The notes: generated from the letters alone by a model not told the origin. Numbered from the stretch's first letter, positions 15,369 through 29,756 are shown. The stretch: DNA of 64,000 nucleotides from the human T2T-CHM13v2.0 reference genome, Homo sapiens (GCF_009914755.1 NC_060926.1), one strand, 5' to 3'. Translations and numbers: made by a program.

Positions 15369-16087
15369 GTTTTAAATTTATTGTCAACATGGATGAATTA
15401 CAAATGGGGTGGGGTGGGAGATTCTAGACCAGTTGGAGAGGCATTCAGTGACAAGGTCATCTCTCAGGTGCTTGTCCTTTGAATCACACTTGTTTATGGC
15501 CTCTGTGCCCTGGGCTACAGACAAAAGCTGAGGCTGCTTGTATCCCAGAAGGGAAGGATGCCAAGTCATGCCATGGATATCCAAAAGCAATCTAAATAAA
15601 TGTAGTGGGTTACCTCTTAAAAGTCAGTCAACCTGGCATCTTCTTGTGATTTGGATAGAAGGGAGAGGGAGAGAGTTTCAGGAAAAAGAGCTGCAGCACA
15701 GAGGACCTTGGAGGCATTTTATCACCAGGGCTGTGTCCCTAGGGGAGCTGCAGAAAGCAGTGCTCTTCTTGTCTGGGACACTTGCATGGCCTCTAGGACT
15801 CTGAGTCCTGTGGTCCCAGGAGGCTGTGGGAGATAAGTCCTCAGCCTGATTATTATTGAGGCTCCTCTGGGTGGGATGACACAAAGGCCAAGTTTAGGAA
15901 ATATGCCTGAGGGCCCCTTGAAGTAAGAGGACAAGTAGAGCTTCTCTGACTTGGCCTGTGCAAACTAGGTCCAGACTCCCTGCAGGGAATGGGACTTGCA
16001 TTGGGATTAACGGTAGTACTTGCACACTTTTTATTCTTTCAGTAGATATATAGGTCCAAAAAATCAGATATGAGGTAAAGGGAAGAC

Positions 16088-16429
16088 TGTTTACAAAAAT
16101 AAAACTTTAGACAAAATAAAATTTATAGCATTTATTTGAGCAAAGAGCAATTCATGAATTGGGCAGCACTCAGAACAAGGAGAGGTTCAGAGAACTCTGC
16201 TGTAGCAGCCCAGACAGTGAGGCCAACACAGGAGTAAGACAGAGAAACTATATTTAATGGGTTATCATAGAAAGATGATAATTAGAGGTTAGATGGCAGA
16301 TTCTAGTTGGTAAAATCTCTAGTTTCATTTTACTGTTTACATCAGGTTTCAGTTTGCTTACTTAGAAACTTAAACCACTGGAGCCACCCCAGCCTACTGG
16401 CCTTCTCTCTTCCCAATTATTTTTTAACA
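16088..16429 (-). mobile_element. ERV1 solo LTR (MER57/MER93-like), reverse orientation
   Basis: TG...CA termini (tgtttacaaaa ... ttaaca), reverse poly(A) signal tttatt, and the motif aattgggcagcactcagaac. Subfamily uncertain. Confidence 0.55.
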
Positions 16430-16534
16430 ACTGGTTCCTGAATCCCTTCAAAGAATACTATTTAAATTTAAATAAGTGATAGATGGAAACAATGCATTCA
16501 ATATCATAAATCAATCTTTCTGTTTTTTCAACAG

Positions 16535-16576
16535 AGAATACTGAAGTCTCAAAACAATAGCTCAGTTGACCCTTGT
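16535..16576 (+). CDS. SP140: SP140 exon (42 bp), RILKSQNNSSVDPC
   Basis: ttcaacag|AGA ... TGT|gtaagt, phase 0-0. Confidence 0.94.
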
Positions 16577-17824
16577 GTAAGTACAAATTCTGAACTACGA
16601 CCCCCAGAATATTCCACTCCTTTCTCCAGGCATATGTTCTGTGTCATGACTGCTGTTGCCTGAATCATGTTCAGTCTCAGCTGGAGTATGTGGCTGTGTG
16701 AATTCAGTTGCATCACCCAAGCCAGGTAGATGTGCCTGGGCCTTGGATGTCTCATTATGAAAGCACCCTTTCCATCTGTTTCAGTAGAAACCTTCCAATG
16801 TCCTTATTTCCCCTGGAAAGTGAGTATGGGAGGCTGAGCTCCAGACCACTGAGGTCTCTTGAGACAGAGCCTGAAGTGGTAATGGGTAGGGCTGGCCTGG
16901 TGATTAGGGGGAAGGAACAAATGTGAGAGGATAACAGCATTTTCAAGTAAGTGGTGTGGATGAAAGGGAAAGTCCTAAAAATGCACTCCAAGGTGCAGGT
17001 AGAGTTGAAGATGGTCATAAGCATCAGCCAGAAGGAACAGACCAGGCCAAGCTATTATGTTCCAGGTGTTGATCCTGTCATTAGCCCTGTAAAGGAGTAC
17101 ATACAAGGCAAGGGGTCCTTTACAGAGCTCATTTGGATGGTTTCAGGGAAGCCATTAGGGTGCTGAGCTGGTTAGGACTGAAACCATCACGACCTAGCAA
17201 ATCCTGAGGCATTTTAACTCAACTGCTTATCTGGTGCTCAGTACTATGCAAACTTTCTGATGCCACAGGCCCCATCCATTCTCTGCTTGCTATATGACTG
17301 CCTGCTTTGGATTCTGCCAAAATCATGGATGAGTCCCTTCTCTAAATGAAATCGTGATTTGATTCTTTTCATTGCAGTGAGATGTCTGTTTTAGGCAGGG
17401 TCACCTTCTTGCACAACTCTGGGGGACAGCACTCACATAGAATATCATGCAATAGCACTGACACATGATACTTAACAGAGGAGGGATGCTCAAATAGTTT
17501 TATACACACCTTACCTCCAAAGCAGTCCTCCAATCAGATTTAGGTCTTTTCCACACTGATTTTGATGTCTGGCCAACTGAGGGACTTTTCAATAATTAAA
17601 ACAGCCCTGGAAGTCAGTGTTTGTGTGGCTGATTTTGGATGGACTAGGCATGGAGGTTTAGGTTTCACAGCTCACAGCCAGATATGTGTGGGGAGAAGAG
17701 GGAAACAGTTCCAGCAAAGGTATGGTCACCCCTGTTAATAATTTTTCCAAGGCCAGTAACAACATTGACTTATAATATCCCCATGCGTCCATAACCAGAC
17801 TTTGCTTAGGTTGAATCTCATATT

Positions 17825-18130
17825 GTCCTGCAGCCTGGAATCACTTGAAGAGCTTTAAAAAAATATTGTTTCCTGGATCCCACTTCTGGGGAAATTATAA
17901 TTTAATCATTCTGGACTATGTATGACTGGAACATTAGGATTTGTTTAAGATCCCCAGATGTACTAATTCTGATACATAGAATTGCCTATTCTGTCACCTA
18001 AAGAAGAATACCAGTGCCTGTGCCTCAACCCTGACCCAGTGATTCAGAATCTCTGGTGTTGGGTTCAGGACATTAGCATTTTATATACTCTCCTGAGAGG
18101 AGTCTAATGTACAGCCAGGCCAACAACCAA
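17825..18130. mobile_element. MER5-type (hAT-Charlie) DNA transposon fragments
   Basis: gaatcacttgaagagcttt ... tcagaatctctgg ... tctaatgtacagccagg motifs. Confidence 0.55.
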
Positions 18131-21100
18131 AGAACCAGAGAAATCAAATCTCTTCTTGAAAAGATGGGTTTGGAGAACAAAATGGCAGATAGGAGGCAGG
18201 ACTAACTTGCTCCTCCTACTCAGATGGACAGAACAGCGTGTTGAGACTCACACTGTGAACTTTTGCTCCAAGAACCACTGCAGGAATATACCAGCAAAAC
18301 TGAAGGAAGTCACACACCCTTTAAAAGAAGTGGCTTGCCACCGCAAACTCTGGGAGATAGCCAAAAAACCGTGAGTCCTCAAAGTGTGAGAGGGAAAAAG
18401 TCCACCTCTGAACACATATCCTCACTGGGGAACCTGGAAATCCAGATCACAGGAGAAGGATTTCACCTAACCTAGAGCTGAAATGAATTTAGAAAGCTGG
18501 GTGAAATATAAAAGTAGAATAAGCAGCAGGAAGAGGTGCCTTCCCCAAGGATCCCTATAAGCATTTCAGTCCCCAGGGAAGCCATTTCTGACTTTATCTC
18601 ACAGTCCTTGGGGAGGGCAGCCAGTACAATTTGCAGAGAGCCATGGGGAGAAGGAGGCTTCCAGCTGAACTTTGTAATAATTTTAACCAAGCACAAATTT
18701 TCCTGGTCAGAATCTGGGGGTGTGAACCTGAAGTACAGATATAAGTGCAGAAGCCATGGCAGGCAGGGAGGGGTGAGATCTGAAAGCCCTGCTTGCTTTC
18801 TCAATGGGGGTGCTTCTTCCTGGGGCAAGATCTTAGCTCCAGGCAAAGGATGCCTGGATATAAATTTGGCTCTGTTGGCTGTTGGGCACCACAGCGGGAG
18901 TGAGACTGGCCTTGCTGGCTGCCTGGGTGCTGGGTGAAGCCTGTCACTGCCGGCTTCCCTTACTTATCTGGTGAACTGTATGAAGCAGCAGAGGCAGGCA
19001 TAATCCCCTCTGGAACATAAATCCATTGGCCTGCAAGCCACCCCTCATCCCCCACAGTGGCCACAGCAAGCCCTGTCTGAGAATCTGAGCTCAGACACAC
19101 CTAACCCTGCCCCCAGCTGATGGTCTTTCTCTACCTGCCCCTGTAGCTGAAGACAAAAGACAGGGGCTCATGGGAGCTCTATGACCTCACCCATCACCTG
19201 AGAAAACCGAATACTTATCCAGTGAACTTAGGTCAAGCTTGTATCCCCCTCATATTACTTGCAGCTGATGGTCTCTTGAAAGTGCCACCTCCTCGCCGAA
19301 GGTCAGCCAACTCAAGTCATTACAGACACTCATACGAGAACCACCTTGCTCCAGGAAGGAGAAAACAACAACTAATTATACTGCCTGTAACATCCTGGCT
19401 AACCAAAGATCCTGAGTCTGTCCCTGTAACAACCTCACTGCTAGCATAACCAACATTTGAGAAAACCAGTGTACTAAACAAAACTACAATCAAGGACTCT
19501 CACAGAATCCACTTCACTCCCCTGCTACCTCCACTGGAGCACGTGCTGGTACCCATGACTGGGAGAACTGAAGACAGATCACATCACAGGACCCTTTGCA
19601 GATACTCCCCAGTACCAGCCCAGAACCCAGTAGCTCTTCTGGGTGGCTAGACCCAGAAGAGCAATAACAATCACAGCAGTTTGGCTCTCGGGAAGCCCAT
19701 CCCTAGGGGAAGGGGGAGAACACCACATTAAGGGATCACCCTGTGGAACAAGAGAATCTGAACAGCAGCTCTTGAGTTTCAGATCTTTCCTCTAACGTAG
19801 TCTACCCAAGTGAGAAGGAACCAGAAAAACAATTCTGATAATGACAAAACAAAGTTCTATAACACCCCCAAAAGATCACGTTAGCTCACCAGCAATGGAT
19901 CCAAACCAAGAAGAAATCTCTGAATTGCCAGAAAAAGAATTCAGAAGGTCAATTATTCAGCTACTCAAGGAGACACCAGATAAAGGTGTAAACCAACTTA
20001 AAGGAATTAAAATAATAATACAGGATATGGATGAAAAAGTCTCCAGAGAAATAGATATCATAAATAAAAATCAATCACAACTTCTGGAAGTGAAAGACAT
20101 ACTTAGAGAAATACAAAATACACTGGCAAGTTTCAACAATAGACTAGAACAAGTAGAAGAATGAACTACAGAACTCGAAGACAAGGCTCTGGAATTAACC
20201 CAATCCAACAAGAAAAAAGAACTTTTTAAAAATGAACAAAGCCTCCACGAAGTTTAGGATTATGATAAATGACCAAACCTAAGAATAATTTGTGTTCCTC
20301 AGCAAGAAATCTAAAAGTTTGGAAAACATATTCGCGGGAATAATCAAAGAAAATGTTGCTGGCCTTTCTAGAGATTTAGACATCCAAATACAAGAAGCTC
20401 AAAGAACATCTGGAAAATTCATCACAAAAAGATAATCACTCAGGCAGAGTCATCAGGTTATCTAAAGTTAAGATGAAGGAAAGAATCTATGAAGCAAAAA
20501 CATCAGCTAAACTACAAAGGAAAACTTATCTAATGATTAACAGCAGACTTCTCAGCAGAAACCCTACAAGCTAGAAGGCTTTGGGATCCTATCTTTAGCC
20601 TCCTTAAACAAAATAATTATCAGCCAAGAATTTTGTATCCAAGAAACTAAGCTTCATAAATGAAGGAAAGATAAAGTCTTTTTCAGACAAACAAATGCTG
20701 AGAGAATTCACCACTACCAAGCCAGTGCTACAAGAACTGCTAAAAGGAGTTCTAAATCTTAAAACAATACATCAAAATATACCAAAATAGAACCCCCTAA
20801 AGCATAAATATCACAGGCCTATTAAAAAATAACACAATGAAAAAAATAAGGTATTCAGGCAACAGCTAGCATGATGAATAGAATAGTACCTCACATCTCA
20901 ATACTAATGTTGAATGTAAATGACCTAAATTCTTCACTTAAAAGATACAGAATGGCAGAATGGATAGGAATTTACCAGGCACCTGCTGTCTTCAAGAGAC
21001 TCACCTAACACATAAGGACTCACATAAACTTAAGGTAAAGGGGTAGAAAAAGATATGCCATGCAAATGGACACCAAAAGCGAGCAGGAGTAGGTATTCTT

Positions 21101-21251
21101 ACATCATACAAAACAGACTTTAAAGCAACAACAGTTAAAAAAGACAAAGAGCGACCTTATATAATGATAAAAGGACTAGTCCAACAGGAAACTAGCACAA
21201 TCCTAAATATGCACCTAACTGTGGAGTTCCCAAATTTACAAAACAATTACT

Positions 21252-21520
21252 CACTTTGGGAGGCCGAGGTGGGTGGATCACAAGGTCAGGAGATCAAGAC
21301 CATCCTGGCTAATGCAGTGAAACCCCATCTCTACTAAAAATACAAAAAAAAAAAAAAATTAGCTGGGCGTGGTGGCAGGCACCTGTACTCCCAGCTACTC
21401 AGGAAGCTGAGGCAGGAGAATGGCATGAACCCAGGAGGCAGAGCTTGCACTGAGCCAAGATTGCACCACTGTACTCCAGCCTGGGCAACAGAGTGAGACT
21501 CCATCTCAGAAACAAAAACA
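21252..21520 (+). mobile_element. 5'-truncated AluY inserted in the L1 ORF2 endonuclease region
   Basis: AluY-type bases (accatcctggctaa, gagcttgca). TSD AAAACAATT[A/T]CT at 21240 and 21521. Confidence 0.92.
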
Positions 21521-24514
21521 AAAACAATTTCTACTAGACCTAAGAAATGAGATAGATGGCAACAGAATGATACTGGGGGACTTCAGTACTCTGCTGACAG
21601 CACTAGACAGGTCATCAAGACAGAAAGTCAACCAAGAAACAATGGACTTAAACTGTACACTAGAACAAATGGACTTAACAGATATTACAGAACATTCTAC
21701 CCAACAACTGCAGAACATACATTCTTTTCATCAGTACCTGGAACATTCTCCAAGATAGACCATATCATAGGCCACATAACAAGTCTCAACAAATTTAAGA
21801 AAATTGAAATTATAGCAAGTACTCTCTCAGACCACAGTGGAATAAAATTGGAAATCAGCTCCAAAAGGAACCCTCAAAACCAGGCACGTACATGGAAATT
21901 AAATAATCTTCTCCTGAATGATCATTGGGTCCACAATGAAATCAAGATGGAAATGAAAAAATCCTTTGAACTGAACGACAATAATGACACAAGCTATCAA
22001 AACCTCTGGGATACAGGAAAAGCAATGCTAAGAGGAAAATTCATAGCATTGAATGCCTACATCAAAAAGTCTGAAAGAGCACAAATAGACAATCTAAGTT
22101 CACACCTGAAGGAACTAGAGAAAGAAGAACAAACCAAACCCAAACCCAGCAGAAGAAAAGAAATAACAAAGATCAGAGAAGAACTAAATGAAATTGAAAC
22201 AAAAAAAATACAAAAGATATATGAAACAAAAAGCTGGTTATTTGAAAAGATAAACAAAATTGATACACTATTAGCAAGATTAACCAAGAAAAGACTAGAG
22301 AAGATCCAAATAAGCCCAATTAGAAACAAAATGGGAGATATTACAACCAACACCACAGAAATACAGAAGATCACTTAAGTCTACTATGAACACCTTTATG
22401 CACACAAACTAGAAAACCTAGAGGGGATGGATAAATTCCTGGAAATATACAACCCTCCTAGATTAAAGCAGGCAGAAATAGAAATTCTGAAGAGACCAGT
22501 AACAAGCAGTGAGATTGAAATGGTAATTAAAAAATTGCCAATACTAGAAAGGCCAAGACCAGATGGATTGATTCACAGCTGAATTCTATCAGACATTCAA
22601 AGAAGAATTGGTATCAATCCTACTGAAACCATTCCAAAACATAGAGAAAGAGGGCATCCTCCCTAAATCATTCTATGAAGCCAGTATCACCCTAATACCA
22701 AAACCAGGAAAGGGCATAGCTCATGTCAACAAATGTGATATACCACATAATCAGAATTAAAAACAAAAATTGTATGATCATCTCAATAAAGACAGCAAAA
22801 GCATTTGACAAAATCCAGCACCTTTTATAATTAAAACCCTCCACAAAATTGGCATAGAGGGGACATACCTTAAGGTAATAAAAGCCATCTATGACAAACC
22901 CATAGCCAACATAATACTGAAATGGCAAAAGTTGAAAGCATTCCCTCTGAGACCTGGAACAAGACAAGGATGCCCACTTTCACCACTTCTATTCTACATG
23001 ATACTAGAAGTCCTAGGCAGAGCAATCAGACAAGAGAAGGAAATAAAGGGCATCCAAATCAGTAAAGAGGAAGTCAAACTGTTGCTGGTCGCCAATATGA
23101 TCGTATACCTAGAAAACCCTAAGGACTCATCCAAAAACCTCCTAGATATGATAAATGAATTCATTAAAGCTTCAGGATACAAAATCAATATATACAAATC
23201 AATAGCACTGTTATATACTAACAGAGACAAAGCTGAGAATCAAATCAAGAACTCAACCCCTTTTACACTAGCTGCAAAAAAATAAAATACTTAGGAATGT
23301 ACCTAACCACAGAGATGAAATACCTCTACAAGGAAAACTACAAAACACTGCTGAAAGAAATCACAGATGACACAAACAAATGGAAACATGTCCTATGCTC
23401 GTGGATGGGTAGAATCAATATTGTGAAAATGATCATATGGCCAATAGCAATCTGGAAAGTCAATGCAATTCCCATCAAAATACCATGATCATTTTTCACA
23501 GAACTAGAAAAAACAATTCTAAAATTCATACAGAACCAAAAAAGAGCTCATGTAGCCAAAGCAAGACTAAGCACAAAGAAAAAACTTGGAGGCATCACAT
23601 TACCTGACTTCAAACTATACTACAAGGCTATAGTCACCCAAACAACATAGTCCAGGTATGAGAATATACCAGTACACATAGACCAATGGAACAGAAGAAA
23701 GGACCCAGAAATAAAGCCAAATATTTGCAGCCAGCTAACCTTTGACAAAGCAAACAAAAGCATAAAGGGGGAAAGGACACCCCATTCAACCAATAGCACT
23801 GGCATAATTGGCAAGCCACATTTAGAAGAATGAAATTGAATCCTCATCTCTCACCTTATACAAAAATCAACTAAAGATGGATCAAAGACTTAAATCTAAG
23901 ACCTGAAACCATATAAATTCTAGAAAATAACATTGGAAAAACTCTTCTAGGCATTGGCTTAGGCAAAGAGTTCAGGACCAAAAACGCAAAAGCAAATGCA
24001 AGAAAAACAAAGATAAATAGATGGGATTTAATTAAACTAAAAGGCTTCTATACAGCAAAAGAAATAACAGAATAAACAGACAACCCACAGAGTAGGAGAA
24101 AATATTTGCAAACTATGCATCCAACGGAGGACTAATATCCAGAATCTACAAGGAACTCAAAGCAATCAGCAAGAAAAAATCAAATAATCCCATCAAAAAG
24201 TGGGCTAAGGACATGAATAGACAATTCTCAAAAGAAGATATACAAATGGCCAACGAACATGAAAAAATGCTCAGCATCACTAATTATCAGGGAAATGCAA
24301 ATCAAAACCGCAATGCGATACCACCTTACTCCTGCAAGAATGGCCATAACTTAAAGATCAAAAAATAATAGGTGTTGGCATGGATGTGGTGAAAATGGAA
24401 CACTTTTACACTTCTGGTGGGAATGTAAACTAGTACAGCCACTACAGAAAACAGTACAGAGGTTCCTTAAAGAAGTATAAGTAGATCTACCATTTCATCC
24501 AGCAATCCCACTAC

Positions 24515-27009
24515 TGACGGCAGCGGCAGGCAGTCTGAAGTGGCTGCTGCCATGAAGCTGGCTGCAGTGAGGTGCAGGCGCTGGCCGTGGGTCTTAGGGG
24601 GCAGACACAGAGGCAGGAGATCCCCAGAGCCAGTTGCCCTGGGAGCCTTCCTCTGGGAGCCGCTGCAGTGGGGCTAGGCCCAGCTGCCCGTAGGGCGTGG
24701 TCAGGCAGGGAGGGGTGAGCAGAGAGAGGTCCCAAGATGGAGCTGGGCCAGTGGTGGTTCGGCACTTGCACACGTAGCGTGGGGGTCGGGCCCGAACGCG
24801 GAGCAGTGGCCACACTTCAGGGGCCGGGGTGGGAAGTGGGAGTGGCGCCCACTTCCAGGACCCAGCCAGCAATGCGGCCCCTGCACCCACCCTGCCCACA
24901 GCGCCAGGTTCCCGCCCCTCACAGGAGGCTAAACAAAGGGCCGCCAGAGGCCGTGTCCCTAGGATCTGCCCCGAGTTAGAGTGACTGCTGTGCCTGGTGC
25001 TTTCAGCAGCTGAGACTGGGGAGGCAATCCGGTCCTGGAGGTTTCCCCCAGGCAGGGTCACAAGCCAGGAGAGGGGGTGCCCCAAGCCATCCCTGAGCCT
25101 TGGGGCCACAGGAGGAACTTGAGCCAACATCACCCCTGCACCAGATGCTGGCCTGGGCCTGGCAAGGGCTGGAGCCACCAACCCAGGCTGCAAGGAGGCA
25201 GACAGGGCAGCAGGAACGGCCAGAGGAGCAGCAGTGGCAGCAGTGGGTCCCTGTGCCCTGTGTCCCTGAGGCAGGGACCCTCACCCTCACACAGCCGGCA
25301 GGACCTGCTCTCAGGCCCAGAGCCTCTATCACAGCCTGGACCTCTTTCCCCACTGCATCCTGGGAACCTGCAAGCACCTGGCCAAAGGTGCAGCCGAGAC
25401 TCACAGAACTGGCCCCTGAGTGTCAGGTTCCTTTGTGTGAGGTTGGCTGGGGCACTGTGCCACCTGCACCTCATCCACAACTGCTGCAGGAGACACAGAG
25501 AGGGGGCATGGCTGAGGCCGCCCCACTCTGCAGAGCCAAGGACAAGCAGGAGCCCTGCCTCTCCCAAATTGGCAGGGCAGGAGCTCGCCATGCGCAACTG
25601 CAGGTGCCCAGGTTGCAGCTGTAGGCCTGGGCCTCCCAGTGCTCTTGGGGGCCCAGGAGGCTACCCTCCACCTGCCAGAACAGAAGCTTCTGCTGCCTGG
25701 CCATTCCCTGCTCCCAGCACCTGCTGCAATCTTGGAGCAGGGTTGGGGCTGAGCCCAGGTGCAGTTGCAGCCCTGTTGGGTGTGCACATGCTTGGGGCAG
25801 AGCTGACACACCAGGCCCCTGCTGCCTGCACCCCTCTGGATTTTGGGTGCTGACGATCATAGGAGAGAGGCCAAGAATGGGCTGGGGCCAGCTCAGCACT
25901 GGCCTGCAGGTGCCCCTTTGGGCAAGGGGCCTGGGCACCATGGGTGGTGGGGAAAGGCAGACAGGCTCCTGGGTGGGAAGGGGCAGGTCCCTGGTGAGGC
26001 ACCACCTTCAGGCAAGAGAGGGCCTGAAGGCTGGGAACTGGGCTGCCAATCCTATGGACCAGAGTGGGAACTTGTAATGCCTTTCAAAGGCCTGCTCATG
26101 GTAACCCATGGACCAATCAGCATACACTTCCTCCCCTCTGAAGCCCATAAAAGCTCTGGACTCAGTCAGACTTGGAGAGAACATCCTGGACAACCAGCAG
26201 CAGAGAAGAGCTTCACACTCCAGGGACTACCTGCCAGCAGAGAGAAGCCACCCACCCTAGGACCTCCTCCTCTTTGCTGAGGGCTGAACACTCGTCAGGA
26301 CACATTGGCTGCAGAAAGGAGCTACCCACAGTGGGTCTCTGAGCTGTTCTACTGCTCGGTAAAGCTCCTCTTCGTCTTGCTCACCCTCCATTTGTCAGCG
26401 TCCCTCATTCTTCCTGGTTGCAGGACAAAAGAACTTGGGATCTGCTGAATGGTGAGGCTAAAAGAGCTGTAACACAAACAGGGCTGAAACATGCCCCTTG
26501 ATCACCGCATTGTGGGTGAAGAGAAGGAGAGAAGAGCTGCAGCCCTTTGGGGAGCCCAGACCTGGAAGCTCCCTGAGCCAGGGCTGTGACTCCCTTTTGG
26601 AGGCTCTGAGGTTCCTGGCATCTTCAAGCTTCTAGGTGCCAGCACATCCCCTGTTGCCAGCCATGGAAGCTGTTTGCAGTGTGCCTGGTCCAGACACAGC
26701 CTTGCAGAGAGCCAGTGCTCATGCCAGCACCTGGAGTTGCCTGCCCTTATGCAATAGCAGGCATGTCTGACTGTATGCAGTGGCTGGACCCCATGCTTGC
26801 TCACACGCCTCTCCCACTCCATGCCTGACCTGCCCCATGGCAGGCCCTTGGTAGGTATGCGATCCAGGCCAGTAGCCTGAGCCAAGTGCAGCCTGCCAGG
26901 CCAAGTGGGTGGAAGGAGCCCAGTGGGCCTGAGCAAAACTCAGGCAAAGGCACAACTGCTTACAGAGGTTTCTGGCAAGAAAAAGCAATACCCCAAGGAT
27001 TCCGTAACA
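24515..27009 (+). mobile_element. 2.5-kb GC-rich ERV1 solo LTR (MER52-like) nested in L1PB
   Basis: TG...CA termini with perfect 4-bp TSD CTAC (24511-24514 / 27010-27013). Removing it restores L1 cagcaatcccactactgggt. Start tgacggcagcggc and R region (ggagctacccac, aaagctcctcttcgtcttgctcaccctcca) resemble MER52. Confidence 0.88.
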
Positions 27010-27066
27010 CTACTGGGTGTCTACCTAGTGGAAAAAAAGTTATATGAAAAAGACACTTGGACATGC

Positions 27067-27069
<3 letters not shown>

Positions 27070-27129
<60 letters not shown>

Positions 27130-27151
27130 GAGACACACACACACACACACC
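27070..27151. repeat. Compound (TA)n(CA)n microsatellite
   Basis: Seen directly, within the L1PB 3' end. Confidence 0.95.
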
Positions 27152-27562
27152 ATGGAATACTACTCAGGTATAAAAAGGAATGAAATAATGACATTCACAG
27201 CAACCTGGATGGAGTTGGAGACCATTATTCTAAGTGAAGTAACTCAGGAATGGAAAACCAAACAACGTGTGTTCTCACTTATAAGTTGGAGCTAAGCTAT
27301 GAGGATGCAAAGGCATAAGAATGATACAATGGGCCTTGGGGACTGAGAGGGAAGGGTGGAGGAGGGTGAGGGATAAAAGACTACACATTGGGTACAGCGT
27401 ACACTGCTCTTGTGATGAGTGCACCAAAATCTCAAAAGCCACCACTAAAAAAATTATCCATGTAACCAAAAACCACCTGTTCCCCCAAAACTATTGAAAT
27501 AATAATTTTTTAAAAAGATTAAGGATTCGACATACTTAAACATTTGGTACTTCATTCCCTCC

Positions 27563-27998
27563 CTAGGGTTTTGGAGATGGTGGAACACACAGCATCTGAC
27601 ACTGGACAGATGAGATTGACAGCAGTGTATTAGTCACATTTACTCGGTAGCCCGGTGGGGGTGGGCAGGCATCCCACGCCACGCAGGGCCACATGGGGGC
27701 TGCGCTCAGGAACAGAGGAAACAGCCAGTGGCTGTGGAGGGCGGGCTGTCCCCTGCTTCCAGAGGGAGAGTGTGATTGGCTTGTTTGAATAATTCCATGG
27801 CTGGCAGGGAAATGAAATCAGCTATTCAAAAATACGCAGAAGGTGCAAGCGGTCCTCTTGATCAGAAGTGTTGGTAGGAAACCTTACCTGCAGCAGCAGA
27901 GCCGGCGGAGGACTTGTAGATAGACCATTCTAGGCCCTCCCAGTGTTACCAGATGTCCAGGCTGCACATAATATTGAACTCTAATTTTAGTCCTTACA
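27563..27998 (-). mobile_element. ERVL-class solo LTR (MER74/MER54-like), reverse orientation
   Basis: ggacagatgagattgacagcagtgtattagtcac and ccacgcagggccac motifs. Subfamily from recall. Confidence 0.5.
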
Positions 27999-29035
27999 GC
28001 ACTTTTCACTTGAACGGCAAAGGGCTCAGTCACAGACTGGTTCTTTGTTGTAAATACACATGTATTTGTCTACAATACAGCATGTATGTATTGGTCTCTA
28101 TATTTGCTCTATAAATTCTGTTGGTTTTTAATGACCGGGATTTGCTCCACAACACGTGGATGCAAATACCATCATATTTTAATTTCCCCAAATGAAATTA
28201 AATCTGGCTAAAGGTGTCACATATTGAGACTTGTAAGAAATGGAGAATTCGTTGATTTACCATTCCTTTTATAGAACAAAGCACCAGCTCTTTTATGGGC
28301 CCAGGAAATGAGGTGAGGGCCTCTGTCTTCAACACTGTATGGTGCTGTTACCATTGTCCTTGGTCATCAGAGATGGCACCTTCGCACCTTACAATCCAAG
28401 TTAGCTAAGTCAAGGGGGATGTATGCCAGGCTCCCAGAGCTGAAGAGCTCTGTGCTTCCTGGGGCCCACCTGGTCATCTCCACCCACGGTCCTTCCCCCT
28501 CAGAGGTCGGCGTAGAGCCCTCCAGGCACAAAACGTACAGTCTAGGAATCCCTAACTAGGCCCTCTCTTCAACTCATGGGGAACTTATGGCCAAGAATAT
28601 GGGATGTGGTGATATCTCAGAAGCTTATTCCATCATATGTAATTAGCTAGGTCTCCTTTTCACTAGTTGATTTGTGGTATAGGCAAATTGATTTAACACT
28701 TCATTTCAAAACCTGGTTTTATCTGCAGAATAAGGAAATTATTCAGATTCCTATAAAATCATCATCTTGCTTTGTTGCTAGTCTTTCTTCATTACAATCT
28801 CTGGTTTCATAAGGAAGACTTTTCAATTCTGACCCATACCCCTTCCTCCTGAACTTCACTGCAGACCAGGATTTGTTCTGAAATCTCCATGCCATGTTTT
28901 TCCTTCATATCCCAGGGAGAAGCATTTGCCTGTCCATGCAGGTTCACACAAAGGCAGTGTGTTCTAGTTGCCCAGAGGGTTGGCCTTCCTGAATCTTGCG
29001 GTTCCCAGTGACGTGGACACTGTTTTATCTTCTAG

Positions 29036-29152
<117 letters not shown>

Positions 29153-29756
29153 TAAGTGACATGCAGGCGTCTCTCTTTTTGTCCTTTAAGGGATCTTCCA
29201 CCTGCCATGCGCACTCTCCAGCAGAGTGCCGGCTTGTGTCTAGATGGGGAAAGAGCAGGTTCATCGGGTACTGGGACCCAGCAGTGTGATCCAGAGAGCA
29301 GTGGGAGACGCTGGCAGCAGGAGGTTAATGTCCTCTGTGCTCTCAGGGACACCTCCTCTGATATGCTGAGGGCAGTGTTGGGGACCTTTGCCTACATACC
29401 GGCATTGTCCTTTCCTTGAAGTTTTGCAGCTGGGTGGGTTGGAGACAAGAAACACCAGTTGTTTATATTTTGTGCTTATTCATACAAGACAGGAAGCACG
29501 ATCTCATTGGGCTGTTGGAGGCCCGAGGTCCCTGGGGCTGAAAACCCAGTTTCTGAAACTCAGGCCTGACAGACAGGGTTCCCTGTGCTCCCAGCAGCTC
29601 AGACAGAGAAAGGAGAGTCCACACTCACGGTGACACCACCTTCCTCAGACTTCCTGCCTGCTGCTACCACTGATGCGAGGGAAAGGCCAATGGCTGGAGA
29701 CCCCATGTGTGAATCTTGCATACTTTGGGAGGTGTTCCCCTCCCTCCCATGACTGA

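Larger units (their letters stand above)
18166..27510 (+). mobile_element. Full-length decayed L1PB (L1PB1-like), sense to SP140, interrupted by AluY and a MER52-like LTR
   Basis: 5' UTR start (aaaatggcagataggaggcaggacta). ORF1 remnant at 19841+. ORF2 fragments (EN/RT; [10 protein letters not shown]) with many stops. L1PB-type 3' UTR (agctatgaggatgcaaaggcataagaatg ... aaccacctgttcccccaaaactattgaaat). Confidence 0.92.

Noticed and set aside
24511-26988. Dense cluster of long overlapping ORFs (up to 258 aa) on both strands
   Set aside because: All lie in a GC-rich LTR bounded by TSDs. Stop-codon scarcity explains them, and no protein motif is recognisable.
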